Below are positions 1-12,869 of a stretch of DNA of 64,000 bases, piece after piece (the stretch's first letter is position 1; each line of letters opens with the position of its first letter). The notes below the pieces were generated by a model that saw nothing but the letters and a program-made list of their open reading frames with translations, did not search any database and had not been told where the DNA came from. Both the position numbers and the translations under genes were made by a program. This DNA is from Lama guanicoe (taxonomy: Eukaryota), in the NCBI GenBank assembly GCA_013239625.1, contig MU053645.1, positions 1,790,274-1,854,273 on the forward strand. Direction: 5' to 3'.

Positions 1-159
1 CACAATGTCTTTTGTTTAATTATTACTTTTTTGTTTTTCTGAAATAAATGCCCTCTGTATAAGGCACAATGCCTGCTGAGGCATAGTGTCTGCCCAAAGA
101 GATGTGGCTCTGTTCTAACATCATCCACTCAGCTCAGCAAATGTAGAGACATCTTCCTT

Positions 160-595
160 CTAAGTGTACTGGTTAGGATTGAGGGCTCTGGAGACAGATA
201 GGTCCAAACTCCAGTTCTGCAGCATACAAACTGAGTGAGTTTGAATACTTTTACTTCACCTTACAGTCACATTGATTGCCTTATTGGTAAGACCAGGATT
301 ATGCAGGACTTACCGCAGACAATAAAACATTAAACAATTATTGTTTTGCATTTTGGTTTCTAAAAAGATAAATGGACAGGAATCACATTAGTTTAAAAAT
401 TCAACTGCAGAGATGTTGGGAAAGCTGGCCCTCTGGACCTTGGGAGAAGGAAAGAATGTGTCATTCCTCAGTTTCCTCTTCTGTAATTGGAAAACAATCA
501 TCCCTGCTTCATGCATTGTTACTGTGAGAATTGAGTTAACACATGAAAACATTTAGCACAGTGCTCTGCACACAGTAACAGCTCAATAAAAGTGA
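160..595 (+). mobile_element. Degenerate MIR SINE fragments
   Basis: MIR-like motifs: 'gggctctggagacagataggtccaaactccagttctgc', 'cctcagtttcctcttctgtaattgg' and 'catttagcacagtgctctgcacacagtaacagctcaataaa'. Confidence 0.5.
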
Positions 596-864
596 GCGGT
601 TTTTAACAAAACTTACAAGTTGAGATGGTTATAGTTTTGAGAGTTTGCATGCATCTTTTAAAGATTAATAATCTTATAACTGAATCCTACTCATCGAATG
701 ACAGATTTTGTATATCATTAACTTTCACTATAACCACTGTTGGATACCTAATTGTCTTGAGAATGTCTCAAAAGCACTTGACACAACTGACTTCTTGAAA
801 CACTATCATTTCTACATGTGACCAAACATAAAGTCAAGGGGTCATCCTGGATCCTGTCTGATCA

Positions 865-865
<1 letters not shown>

Positions 866-896
<31 letters not shown>
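866..896. repeat. (CA)n microsatellite
   Basis: About 15 perfect CA units. Confidence 0.95.
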
Positions 897-898
<2 letters not shown>

Positions 899-1289
899 CA
901 CAGCCACTGCAGGTCCCACCTGTCCCACCTCCTACACCCGCTGTCCAGGCCACCCCGACCTCTGCACACTGATGCAGCTCAGGGCCAATCCACTCTCGTC
1001 CCTCTCCTGGACTCTGCAAGCTTCTCCTAAGGGTTATCCCCACAGCTATCCTATCCCTGTCCAGTCCACTCCCCACACAGCGGCCAGAGTCAGCTTGTGA
1101 ACACGTGTATCAGAGCCTGTCGCCCCACATGCTAACCCTCCACCCTCGGAATGAACTCCAAACTCTTGACACGGCCCAGACCATGTGGCTCCTGTCTGCC
1201 CCGCCCTCATCTCCCACCACCTGCACCTCGTCTGCCAAGCCCCACCCACGTGAGATTGTCAACTGCTCCTGCAACCACCAGTGCAACGC

Positions 1290-1620
1290 ACATCACAGGG
1301 CGACTGACCCAAGGCCTGCCCAGGCCAGGTGTCCTCTTGTTGTTCAGGATTCAGCTCTAATGTCACTTCCTGGGGAAGAGCTTCACTGACAGCCTCATCT
1401 ATAATAATCCCTGTCCCCGTCATTTTTAGCCTATTTATGTGTATTTTCTTCAAAACACTCATACCCATATAGAAGCATCCTGCTTATTGATTTATTTTAC
1501 CTGCTTATTGCCAGTTTTCTCAAACTAGAGAAAAGCTCCTGGGACCCTCCTTGTCTTGTTCCCTGTGCTGTATCCCAGTGCCTATTTCAGGGCCTTGCAA
1601 ATAAATTACTGAATAAATAT
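1290..1620 (+). mobile_element. LINE-2 3' end fragment
   Basis: L2-like 'cagctctaatgtcacttcctggggaagagcttc' and 'gtcttgttccctgtgctgtatcccagtgcct...aaataaattactgaataaat' terminus. Confidence 0.5.
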
Positions 1621-1799
1621 TTCCTCCATGAAGGAATTGTTACCTACTTGACACAACATAGAGGAACAGATATTTAAAGCTGATTATCAGGTGCAAATAA
1701 CAATGAAATCAGACATTAAAAGATTCAAAAATTTTAGAAGATCTTCTTGCAAATTCTACAAGAGTGCTTTTCAAACTTGGATGAATACCAGAACAATTA

Positions 1800-1950
1800 G
1801 AGGTACTACTCAAAATGTAGACACCTGCCATTCCACCTCCCTGGTTTTGATTCAGCAGACCTAGGGTGGGCCCAGGAACCTGCAGTTTTAACAAGCACTC
1901 CCTGATCATTCTATGAAATGGTCCAAGGACCACACAGAAATCCTGATCTA
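1800..1950. mobile_element. MER5A-like hAT DNA transposon fragment
   Basis: 'gattcagcagacctagggtgggcccaggaacctgcagttttaacaagcactccc' resembles the MER5A core. Confidence 0.6.
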
Positions 1951-3298
1951 AATGGCTGACATTTTTTGTGTCCCATTAATTTAATGACTATCATGCAGAG
2001 TTCTATAATATCTGGGGTGTCTCTGTTAAGGTAATTACTTGAAAGCACACTAATCCTTCCCTCGATCTGTGAGCACAGATTGCTTTCTCACATGGCATCA
2101 CACCTAAACTCTATAATACTACTAGATGGTGGGGAGGACTGAATATTGTTATTTGGTTGTATAGGTGAGACTGGTGGAAGGGTAGGGACTTACCTGAAGT
2201 GTCCCAGTGATGGGGCTTGATCTCTTCACTTGCTTCAGAAACCTGTCTGGCAGACTCAACATCACACTTGGTTCTTTTCTATCAGCTCCAGCTTCTGGGG
2301 CTGAGAGTCCATACCCTTCTCTGATGTTCCACTAGAAAAGAGAGTCAGGGGAGAAGGCAGCACATGGAATTGAGAGTAGTGAGTGGAAAGGAAAGCACCT
2401 GAAACGCAGGGGAAGGGGTGAGGATGTTCTGCTTGTCCCATTCAGTTCACTGGAAACTGTGCAGTGATACTTTGCCCCTCCCCCAGCACCACCACACCGC
2501 CCCCTCCACACACAACAGTGACATTGAAGCTCACTCATCATGGACATGTAGGCTTATCCTTGCTTGTGGCACATGTCCAAGTACTCTCTCCGGAAGTCAT
2601 GCTATTATGTTAATATCAGATACATCACATAAACAGAACGAAGGTTGCAAATCTGGAATGGAACTAACATTGCTGAGAACCTACTAGATATCACATGCTA
2701 TAGGCTGTTATTTTTTATTTTCAAATTCTCAAAGCAATGCTCTGTGGGCATCATTACTTCCTTTCTATAGATGGAGACAGGCTCAGAGAAGAATGTATGT
2801 GTACAAAGAATTCAAGGGAGGTAGCAAATGGACACAGAGGTCAAATTGAAGGGCTAACACCGGCCCATTCTGGGACAATTTTAACATCAAAATACTTAAT
2901 GATAATAAACTCTTTGAGCAAAAATAGGACTCCAGGGGTCATACTTACACAAATGAATACAATTAATTAATGATGGGAAAAAGGGAAAGCTCAATCCTAC
3001 ACTCAAATGCTAGCTAATAATTCTAGGAGGAATGACAAAATTGGAAAAGCAGTGCTTGATAGAAACCATAGTAACGAGTGGCTCAGGTAAGAATCATAAA
3101 TAGATGCTCAGACTGCATCAAATCTCACTGCAGTCAGAGTCACCATGGTAACCATGCTGGCCAAGAAAAGCTGGGAAAAAATAAACAATATCCACCCTTA
3201 TGTTCCAATATTTGATAGGAATTAAATAGGACTGGCATAACACACAGTAATTAACCTCAAGTATTCTGCACAATAAAGATTCCTAGAAGCTTCAGCAA

Positions 3299-3362
3299 TA
3301 TACACATACATGTATACATACATATATGTCCATATATATATATTCATATATATATATATATG
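3299..3362. repeat. TA/CA-rich low-complexity microsatellite
   Basis: 'tacacatacatgtatatacatatat...tatatatatata'. Confidence 0.85.
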
Positions 3363-3774
3363 CTCTCTCTTTCCCTCTCCTCCCCTCTCCTCCCCTACCA
3401 CCCACTCTCTCTCACCATCCAATATCCCAAGAATTCACTGAGGTGGATTCACTGGAGTATAAAGAAGAAAATTCCCACAATTCAACAGATTCATTTCTGA
3501 TCACATGCATAAATTTCAAAGGTACTGAACTATTTTAGTGATGGATTTTTCTGGAGATGACTTGTAGAATTGTCTCTGGGACATTTTTCTCTATAATTTC
3601 AGTAGATTGCCAATAATGGATAAAAGCTGACCTGGAAATACAGGAAATGCGTGTTATGCATCAAATACCCTTTCCATCCTAGAGTAGTCTGTGCTTTCAA
3701 CCAATAAGATTCCTCAACAACTTCTGTTGAACGTTTGGCTACTGACAGTTCAGTGAAAATAAAATACATGAAAA

Positions 3775-5450
3775 TTTTAATATTTTAATTAAAAATACTG
3801 CCATTTACAATACCAACAAGAAGTATGAGATACTTAGGGATAATCTCTCCAGAGATGTGCAACACCTACACACTGAACACTACAAAACATTGCTCAGAGA
3901 AACTAAAGAAAACCTAAATAAACAGAGGGATATGCTATTTTTGTGGTTTGGAAGACTCAGTATTGTAAAGATGTCTGTTCTTCTCAAACTGATCTATGGA
4001 TTCAATGAAATCACATTAAAAGTTCCAGCAGACCCTTTTTTAAAGAAATTGACAGGATGAGTCCTAATTGCATATGGAAATGAAAAATATGAAAGCGACA
4101 GACTATGAAAAACGACTTTGACAATAACAGGGTGGGAAGATAAACACCAGCTGATTTCAAGACTCATTATAAATCTATAACAATCAAGACAGTGTGGTAT
4201 TGGGGTGAAGGTAGAAATGTATATCAAAGGAACAAAATGAAGAGTCCAAAACAGACCCACACATATACGAACAACTGATTTACAACAAAGCTACAAAGGC
4301 AATTTGGTGGAGAAAGTATAATCTTTTCAACAAACAGTGCCTGGAGAAGTGGATATCCATACACACAAACATAAACTGTGATTCATATATAGAATCATAT
4401 ATAAAACTTAACTCAAAATGTATAATAAACCTGAATATAAAAGCAAAAATTATAAAAATTCTACCAGAAAACACAGCAGAAAGTCCTTGTGACACTGGAT
4501 TAGGCAAAAATTCCATAGATGAGAAACCAATACCGCAATCCATGAATTAATAAATCAATACACTGTATCTCCTGAGAATTAAACATTTCTGCTCTTCCAA
4601 AGACACTGTTGAGAGAAGGAAAAGACAAGCCACCGACTGGGAGAAAGTGTTTGAAAATCATGTATCTGATAAAGGACTTGTATCCAGGAAAATCCCACAA
4701 AAGTCACTAAGAAGGAATCAGACACTCAAATAAATTGGCAAAAATTCTGAATCGACATTGCACACACAAAAAATCAAATGCCAGATAAGTACTACATGAA
4801 ACGATGCTCAGCATCATTAATCATAGGGAAATGCAAGTTAAAACTTCAATGAAATATAAATACAAATAAAAACTTTAATGAAATGAGAATGGCGAAAATT
4901 AAAAAGATGGAACACACCAAGTCTTGGCAAGACTACAGGGGATGGAACACTCATACAACTGCTGGTGGAAATGAAAAAATGGTGTGATCACTTTGGAAAA
5001 CACTATAGCACTTTATTATAACGTTAATCTCACATATATCACATGATTCAGCCATTGCACTCCTATGCATTTATTCTAGAGGAAGAAGGTCTATGTTTAT
5101 GCAAAGACTAATACACAAATGTTCATAGTAGCTTTTTTCAAAAGAGCCCCAAATTGGAAACCACTGAAACATCTATTAATAGGTAAATGGATAAAACAAA
5201 TTGTGGTATATTTATATATTGGAATTCTACTAAGCAACACAAAAGAATTAACTACTGATATATGCAACAAAATGGATAAATCTAAAAATAATTATCATGA
5301 ATGAACAAATCCAGACCAAAAAAAAAAACAACAGAATAAAACTTCTTTGATTCTATTTAAATACATTTCCAGGACATGAAAACTAATCCACAGTGACAGA
5401 GAACTGGGTTTGCCTAGGGACAGGGCAGTGGGAGGGCTAAGGAGGCCATG
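3775..5450 (+). mobile_element. Old 5'-truncated L1 (3' part of ORF2 plus 3' UTR), degenerate
   Basis: Broken ORF2-like peptides: 'LHTEHYKTLLRETKENLNKQRD..WFGRLSIVKMSVLLKLIY' and 'MFIVAFFKRAPNWKPLKHLLIGKWIKQIVVY'; many stops and frameshifts. Confidence 0.85.
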
Positions 5451-6599
5451 TAGGACAGAACTGAAAATGTTATGTCCTGGAAAAATAATACTAATGACAT
5501 GTAAACCTATCTGAAAAAAAACCCTATCTGGTTATTTTAGGGGACATGGCTTGGTATTACTATATTGGGCAAACTGTAGAGTAATTAACATTTTTGAAAA
5601 TACAAAAATTCTTGTAATTGACATTTTAACTAACAGTTGAAAAATTCCAGGCTTCTTTAAAATTTTATTATATGGTGGATTAAAAACATGGAGTCCATGG
5701 AAGAATTTATATTGCAACATCAAATTGCTAGGAAGAGCTGTGAACGAACAGCATATTTCAACAACCATCTGGGAGATATATGGGAATCACTGATTATTAT
5801 TTATAGTGTCAGAAAAATATATGTAAGTTCATACACATGCATATTAAACAAAAGACCCTCAAGCTAGACAATTCATTGCTTTCAGACAAAGAAAGCATCT
5901 CTAACATGGGCCCAAGTGCTAATGCAAAGCATGTAGCTGCTGATGGAATGACATTCCACCTGCTAAACCTCTTCTTTCATGGTGAGATCAAAGCACTTTC
6001 TCTACTTTTAGGCTAGTTTGTGAAACTCACAGGAGCTATTCCACAACATGCTTTTGTTCAGATCTATGAACTCACTTGAATCAGGAGTCATATCCCACTA
6101 AAGATGTGAAGTGTTGGGGTCTCCGGGAAGCCCCTACCCTTGAACCTGGAGTAGGAGCTTCAGGAGCCATCAGGACACAGATCCTCATAACCTGCCTCCT
6201 TCAGACACCTGATATGAGCAGGGCCACTGGCATGAGGAGCTGCACAGGGAGAGACAGATCCAGCAATCACTATGCTTTACTGCTGTAACTGTGTGCCCAG
6301 CACCATGCTAGGCACTGGGTTAGTGACAATGACACGGATACGATTGGTTAGTGATCCTCACAACCAGATGTTACAACGGGCTTCTCATCAGGGCCTTTCT
6401 CTTCTCTTTTCCTCATCTATCCCTTAACAACAAAGTTGAAAAGGAATAAGCAATGGCCTGAATTCATACGACATCCATGATCCCGCAATAACCACAGGGC
6501 CATGGACTTACTCCTCTGTTATCACTGAACGTTCACACCAATCCTGTGGGTAAAGCATTCTCAGCCCCATTTTACAGAGGGGGAAGCTGAGGCTCAGAG

Positions 6600-7140
6600 A
6601 GAGTCGTTACCTGTCTCACTTCCCGCGCTCCTGCCTTTAGAAGGAAAGTGGCTCCAGGACACCCTTGGAGCTGGACACTGCACTCATCGGTGCCCGGGGT
6701 GTGGGGTTGGTGACGACCCCAATGTCTTTACCTACGAGACAGCCGAGGCACCGAGTCTCAAAGCAGGAAACGGAGACTTGGATATGGATCCCTTTGTCTC
6801 CTCACATCCCAGGAGGGCGGCCCAGCCCCCACCGCGGGGACCTACACCCTCAGCTGAGTCCCAAACATCTGAAGGCAGGACCCGCTCTTCTCGTCAGACC
6901 GCCTCAGTCTCGGTGGAAAGGTCGTTACGGTCGCCATATTGACGTCAGGTTTCTATGGCAACCGCGACGCGCAGGCAGGTCCGCCCACTCCGGAAATGCC
7001 TCCTCACGCTCCTCCACCCCCTGGATTTCGCTGAAAGCGGAGCACCTTTGCTCTTTCAGGCTGCCACCTGAGAAAGCATAATAATTAGAGGAACTAGACT
7101 GGGACCCGGGTAGTTTGCGGAAGTCTGCCCATTTGTTGGA
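6600..7140 (-). promoter_or_regulatory. CpG-rich promoter-like element, probably of a non-coding transcript
   Basis: Local CpG enrichment. YY1-like CGCCATATT 6932-6940, perfect CRE TGACGTCA 6940-6947, RFX X-box-like GTTTCTATGGCAAC 6949-6962, GC box 6981-6986, ETS-like CCGGAAAT 6990-6997 and GCGGAAGT 7117-7124. Minus-strand splice donors TAG|GTAAAG (6732/6731) and CAG|GTAACG (6611/6610). Confidence 0.65.
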
Positions 7141-7195
7141 ACAAAGCACATTCCTATAATACGGAAATTTTTTGCTTTAAAGAGGCAATAGGAGA

Positions 7196-7233
7196 ATATA
7201 GATATAGATATAGATATAGATATAGATATAGAT
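7196..7233. repeat. (GATATA)n hexanucleotide microsatellite
   Basis: About 6 tandem GATATA units. Confidence 0.9.
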
Positions 7234-8629
7234 CAGTATATACAGTATACAGAGACCCAGGGAGGTGTCTTAAGGTTCTTGGAGATGAGCTTGCTCTCAG
7301 AGAGTGAGCATGTAGAATCACAAGCCTTGCTAAGCAGTTAGTCATCTGTGGCAGAAAACTAAGACGCGGTCTATAATCGTGTGACTTGATGTAAAAAAAC
7401 GACAAAGAAAGTCATTTAAGAAATCTCAGAGATTTTTCAGGGAAGCAGGAATAGAATAAGGTAGTCATTTATTAGGCAGAAGCCTAGTCAATTAATCCAT
7501 ACATTGGTTTATCCTGGGGAGCTCTTATCCACCATTCCTGATATTTTCTTCTGTGTGGAAGGACATTCATTACCAAAGCACTTCCAGCCCCTCTACACTC
7601 ACTCTTTCTGTTTTGCAGGAATGACTTACCTGATTCTGAGGTTGGAAGGAGAAACAAGGGTTTCACAGCCCGGACTCTCTTTCTTTAAAACTCTTACAGC
7701 AAGCTGCCAACAGGGAGCATGTGTTCTGCCCTGCCCTCAGGGATGGGTCTTACAATTAGCTCACAGTTCTCCCCTTTTTGTGTCTCTCTAGCTCACCAAC
7801 TATTCCTATGTTACTGCTTTAAAATGCCTGTGTCATTATTGCCCCCCAAATACACCCTTGCTCTATGTCTGGGCCATAGACCAACTAAGAAATAGGGAAA
7901 AAAGAAAAGAATAAGAAGAACAATACATCAACTTGATTCCTTATAAAGGTGAAATTGGAGAAAGTGGCTTAGATTTGCTGGCAAATGGGCTTCCTATTAT
8001 GACGTCCAGAACTGGACAGACTTGTCCACTCGGCAGTGCTGCACTGGGACAGTCACTAAGGCCAAAGGCTGCAATGTGTGTCTATCGGCTGTCTGGTAGA
8101 AGAGTCCAGTCAATGCATACTCAGAGAAAGTGGCTTTCTTGCCAAAGGCAGTCCCTGTAGCAGGAGAAAGTGTTTCAAGAAACTTTTGAGAAACACTTCT
8201 CAAAGTGAATAAATACCCCTTGTTCTGAATGAATACCCACCAAGCCACCTTCTGAGGCTTCCCCCATGGAGCCATTGTGGCAACACTTTCTTAGTACCTT
8301 AATTCATGTGATTTTAGTGTGATTTTGTAATTATTATTATTTTCCAATTTCCAAGACTAGTGTGAATATCAGATAATCATGAATATTTCCCTAGAAAATT
8401 CCCTCAAGAAGGAACTGATGGGATGCTCAGAAATGTACTCCCTCACATAAACCAACACACAAACTATAGTCAAAATGATAACAAAGTCCTACCAAGCCTT
8501 CAAGGATAAGAGAATCCCTATATTACCCAATGATAATAGACCACAGAAAAAAGAGGTAACATTCACCACTATCATAATGTTTTGAATATCCATTTCTGCT
8601 TAGCAATAAATAAAACAATAACCATGTAT

Positions 8630-9070
8630 TATTTCTCAGGATTCTGTTGGTTTACTGGGCTCAGCTGGGTGTTTTTCTGCTCCATTTGATATCTGTTACC
8701 TGAGGCTGCAGTCATCTGGAGGCACCTCTCATCTGGAACATCCAAGACAGCCCATTCACATACATGAGAGTTAGTGCTGGCATCTGATGGGAGCTTACTG
8801 GGGCTACTGAATGGAGCATTTTGGGTCTTCTCTGCAGAGCTCTCCACATGTAGGGCTGCCAGATAAAACAGAGAACACCTAGTTAAATCTGGATTCCAGA
8901 CAACCAAGAAATATTTTTTTTTAGTGTCAAGTATGATGGTTAATTTCATGTGTCAACATGACTGGGACAAGGTGCCCAGATACTTGGACAAGTATTATTT
9001 TGGCTGTTTCTGTTATGTTTGGATGACATAAACATTTAAATAGGTAGACTTTGAGTAAAGCAGAATACTT
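8630..9070. mobile_element. Degenerate MaLR/ERVL LTR fragments (MLT-like)
   Basis: 'tgaggctgcagtcatctggagg...ccaagacagcccattcaca' and 'tgatggttaatttcatgtgtcaacatgactggg...tgcccagatacttgg' (MLT2-like start). Confidence 0.5.
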
Positions 9071-9189
9071 TTTCCAAGGACACATGCCTGGTAAGAGGCA
9101 GCATAGTTATTCTGGGTTATTGGATTCCAAAGTTGGGTTCTACACTGAATCTATGCATATATGGTGAGTAGTAATGTTTACTTTGCTCT

Positions 9190-9400
9190 AGAGCAGGTTT
9201 TCTCAACCTCAACACTGTTGACATTTTGGGTCAGAGAGCTCTTTGTTGTGAGGGCTGTTCTATGTATTGTGGGTGTTTAGCCTCCATCCATAAGATTTCA
9301 TTAGCACCCCTGGTGTGACTACCAAAAATGTTTCCAGATATTTCCACATGTCTCCTGGAGATGGGGAGCAAAATCACCACTTTTGGAGAACTACTGCTTT
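9190..9400. mobile_element. MER20-like hAT DNA transposon
   Basis: 'agcaggttttctcaacctcaacactgttgacattttgg...aaaatgtttccagatatttccacatgtctcctgg...aaatcaccacttttggagaactactgct', with inverted ends. Confidence 0.7.
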
Positions 9401-9666
9401 AGATACATATTTCTGACAGGTAGCTGGATACATAAGTCTGGAGTCAAGGAGAAATTTCTGAGATGGAGAGATGATTTGTAGGCTTATGGGGCCTGGCATG
9501 TAATAGATGTCCCATAAATATTTGTTTAATAAATTTAAATTGTCTTGAAAAGGGGACCTGGAAGCACCTACCCTCCACTTCTTTCTCCTGTTTGGTTTCT
9601 GTCTCACTTAGAGCTGTCCAGTCGCAGACTGTTTCCAATACGCTTCCTGTCCATAACAGAATCAGC

Positions 9667-9987
9667 ATGATTCTTCAGCAGCTCTTCCGGTCTTCCTCTG
9701 TCATTCAGGCTGCAGTCTCAGTCTCTTTGAGGAGGAACATTGGTGTTACAGCAGTGACATTTAATAAGGAACTTGATCCTGATCAGATACTCTTGGTGGA
9801 CAAGATTAGAGAATATAGAACTAAGCGACAGACATCTGGAGGACCTGTTGATACTGGCCCAGTGTATCAGCAAGAACAGGACAGGGAGCTTTTTAAGCTT
9901 AAGCAACTGTATGGTAAAGCAGACATGAATATGTTCCCTAACTTCACATTTGAAGAGCCTAAATTTGAAGCCATTGAAAAACCATAG
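9667..9987 (+). pseudogene. ATP5PF: Processed (intronless) retrocopy of ATP synthase peripheral stalk subunit F6 (coupling factor 6); ORF open for 106 aa
   Basis: The translation MILQQLFRSSSVIQAAVSVSLRRNIGVTAVTFNKELDP...QTSGGPVD...ELFKLKQLYGKADMN.FPNFTFEEPKFE..EKP matches ATP5PF/ATP5J. There are no introns. A TAG at 9985-9987 precedes TCC TGA, the probable ancestral end. AATAAA at 10061-10066 and an A-run remnant at ~10084-10089. Confidence 0.92.
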
Positions 9988-10349
9988 TCCTGAAGAAATA
10001 ATGTAAAGGTTTTCTGGTAATTTGTCCTAGATTAGTTGTACAACTGATCAGAAGTATCAGAATAAACATACATTTCACAACTGAAAAAATGTAAAAGTGC
10101 TTATAAAATTGAGGGTCATCAAATCTTTTTCTATCCTTATACCAGTTCTACAAACTAAGGTAGGGTCATTCTTAAAAACTTTATGAAAATCTGCATTTTC
10201 AACTCAACACTTATTGCTTAGCTTTTGTTTCCCTTTGTAAAAGGAATGTATTTGAATGGTAGACTATGTCAAAATGGGTTACACTACCACCAGGTAAAGC
10301 CAGAGCCAGAATTCAACATTAAGATGGCAGAACAAAAGGGTGAAGTTCC

Positions 10350-10565
10350 AGTGTAGCCTACATTTCTGTGCCAGACACCATGCTAAGTAGTTTAATGACA
10401 TTAACATATTTGATCTTCACAACAGCCCTTTAAAGTTTTATCACCATTTATGGATCAGAAGTTCAAGGTACAGAGAGGTTAAGAAACTTGTCTAGGGTTA
10501 CATGGTTAGTCGGTGACAGAGGGAGGGACCTACCCAGGACTAGATGGTATTAAAGCCCATTGATA
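10350..10565 (-). mobile_element. MIR SINE
   Basis: 'gtgccagacaccatgctaag...tttgatcttcacaacagccctt...aaggtacagagaggttaagaaacttgtctagggttacatggttagt'. Confidence 0.65.
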
Positions 10566-12367
10566 CTAACCAAGAAGGTATCCTACCTCCAACAAATATC
10601 CCTAGAGCCTCAACCAGGGTCTGGAACTCAGTGAATTTTTAACTGAATTGAACTTAATATAGTGACTGAATATAGAATTCTGGTGAGCCTGCAGCATGAC
10701 TCACCTTGGACTTACATGGAAAAGTATCTCCCTTTAGAAACTCAAAGTGTTTTTCTGGATGGAAATGACTTTATTCTCTGGCCCAGACCTAGCTGGCTGG
10801 GAGAAGAGGCTGATGTAATCCTCTCTGACAGGTCAGACCACATCGGATACAGTGACTTACCCAAGGTCATCCCAGGGTTATGAGGTGAGGTCTGCCCAGG
10901 GAGATCGCCTGGCTGGTACTGCAGGGTCCTGTACAAGATACACATAAACAGCTTTTGATCCTGTGTAGCACCTCACCTTTCAAGGGATCAGTGGATAAGT
11001 TTTTCTTGAACTTATCTGCAGGGAGAAGTAAGGGCACATGACAGCACATGAAACAAGAACAAACAGGATGATGATTTTCTTCCTTTTCCCTAACTTCTCC
11101 AGGGGAGGAGAGCAGAAAACAGCAGGTTTTCCAGGAGTTCTCTCCTTGCTCCCTTTCTTCCCCTTTGCTCTAGCCCAGTCCTTTGTGACATTAGAGGAAT
11201 GTAGACAAAAGCCAGGAAGCTGGGGTACCCTGAGAGAGGGACAGAAAGATAGGAAGTGCCTGACAACCAGAATAGTGCATCAGGAAACACAGGTACTGGA
11301 GCCCATGCTCTGGCTGTTGGTTGATCGGTCAGGCTCTCGGTTTCCAACTGTTTCCTTTTGCAGTATTATCACTCTACCTCATAGCAATGAAGCTCACCGA
11401 TAAAACAAATGTACATTTTCCAAGTAAGAATAACAGAGATTAAGTGACTTACAGACATGAATGTCACAGAGTTATTCCAGGGAGGTCTCCTGTCTCTTTT
11501 GCGCCCATGTCCAGGGTCCTGTCTGGAAGACATAATATTAGGCTTTGATCTCACCCTTCAGGATCTCAAAGAAAACACTCTTCTTTCATGTAAAACAAGG
11601 AGGTAAGATAGAGGGACAGGGAAACAGGGGAAACACAGGGAATGGAATAAGTGCTGACTTCATTCCTTTACCCCAAACTCCATTCATGGGGTACATGACT
11701 CAATTGAATGGAAATGGTGCAAACACCTCTTTTCTTCCCCAGACCCATCAGGGCACTCATTCCACTGCATAAAATGACATTGACTCACAGTCAAAATAGA
11801 AACGTGTATGTATTTTCCTTCTCTCCATATGCTTTCCAGATCATGTTCCCCTCAAATATGTACACACCTGTAGTTCACACTCTCCTGCCCCTTCTTATTA
11901 CTAGTGGGATAAAGCTCCACCAGATTCCTGACTCTAGGCAAATCTGTCCTCAGATAGTGCAAGTCCCTCTTCCTTCTCCCTCCAAATGTACTGCTCAGCT
12001 CCTGTCTTCATGGCTATTAAGGCTGGAAAGAAAAGGGGCCAACATTCCAAGACAGTGACCTTATGGGTTCCTGCGTCCTCAGGGCCCTGAATGCCTCCTG
12101 ATTTACATGTTTTTTTTTCAAATCAGACAACTTTATGGAAGCAGAAGATATAAGAAGAAGAAAATGTAAACATGTCAAATTTATATGTATTTTCTGTTGT
12201 GCAACTTTGTTTGGGACCAAATATTGTTCTGTGCAGTAACCTAAAAATTTTAAAGTAAGTGTGACCACATTCTTTGTTAAGTGAAGCTGGCATAAGGTGT
12301 GTCTTCAAATGGCTTTTAAAACCTAGGGCAAAAATTGAATTTGCTTTATTGAGGGATAGATATATTC

Positions 12368-12730
12368 TTTTTTGTGTGTATGATTCAATATTTGTATAGA
12401 TTATACTCCATTTAAAGTTATTATAAAATATTGTCTATATTCCCTGTGTTGTACAATACATCTTGGTATCTTACTTATTTTATTATTTTTATTTCTACTG
12501 AAGTATAGTTGATTTAAAATACTGTGTTAGTTTCAGGTGTACAGCATAGTGATTCAGTATTTTTGCAGATTAGATTCCATTATAGGTTACTGCAATATAA
12601 TGGGTATACCTCCCTGTGCTATGCAGTATATCCTTGTTGCTTATCTATTTTATACATAGTAGTTTGTATCTGTTTATCCCATATCCCTAATTTGTCCCTA
12701 CTCCCTTCTCTCTCCCCTTTGGTAATCCCA
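12368..12730 (-). mobile_element. Two adjacent short L1 3'-end fragments of the laurasiatherian/cetartiodactyl type
   Basis: 'gaagtatagttgatttaaaatactgtgttagtttcaggtgtacagcatagtgattcagtattt...ctccctgtgctatgcagtatatccttg'; T-rich left ends. Confidence 0.65.
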
Positions 12731-12869
12731 GAGCGTATGAAATTTGTGTTCCTCTTGGGAACTGATACCAAAATGCAGTGGCAGAATTGTTTATAGTCCT
12801 CTCCTGGGATTTGTAACCAGTGCATAGGGTACCCTATACCTTTGGGATTGATAACCAGTGCACAGTAAT

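Noticed and set aside
9592..9666. Extended N-terminus of the ATP5PF-like ORF (131 aa in the track)
   Set aside because: Starts at TTG; homology begins at ATG 9667.
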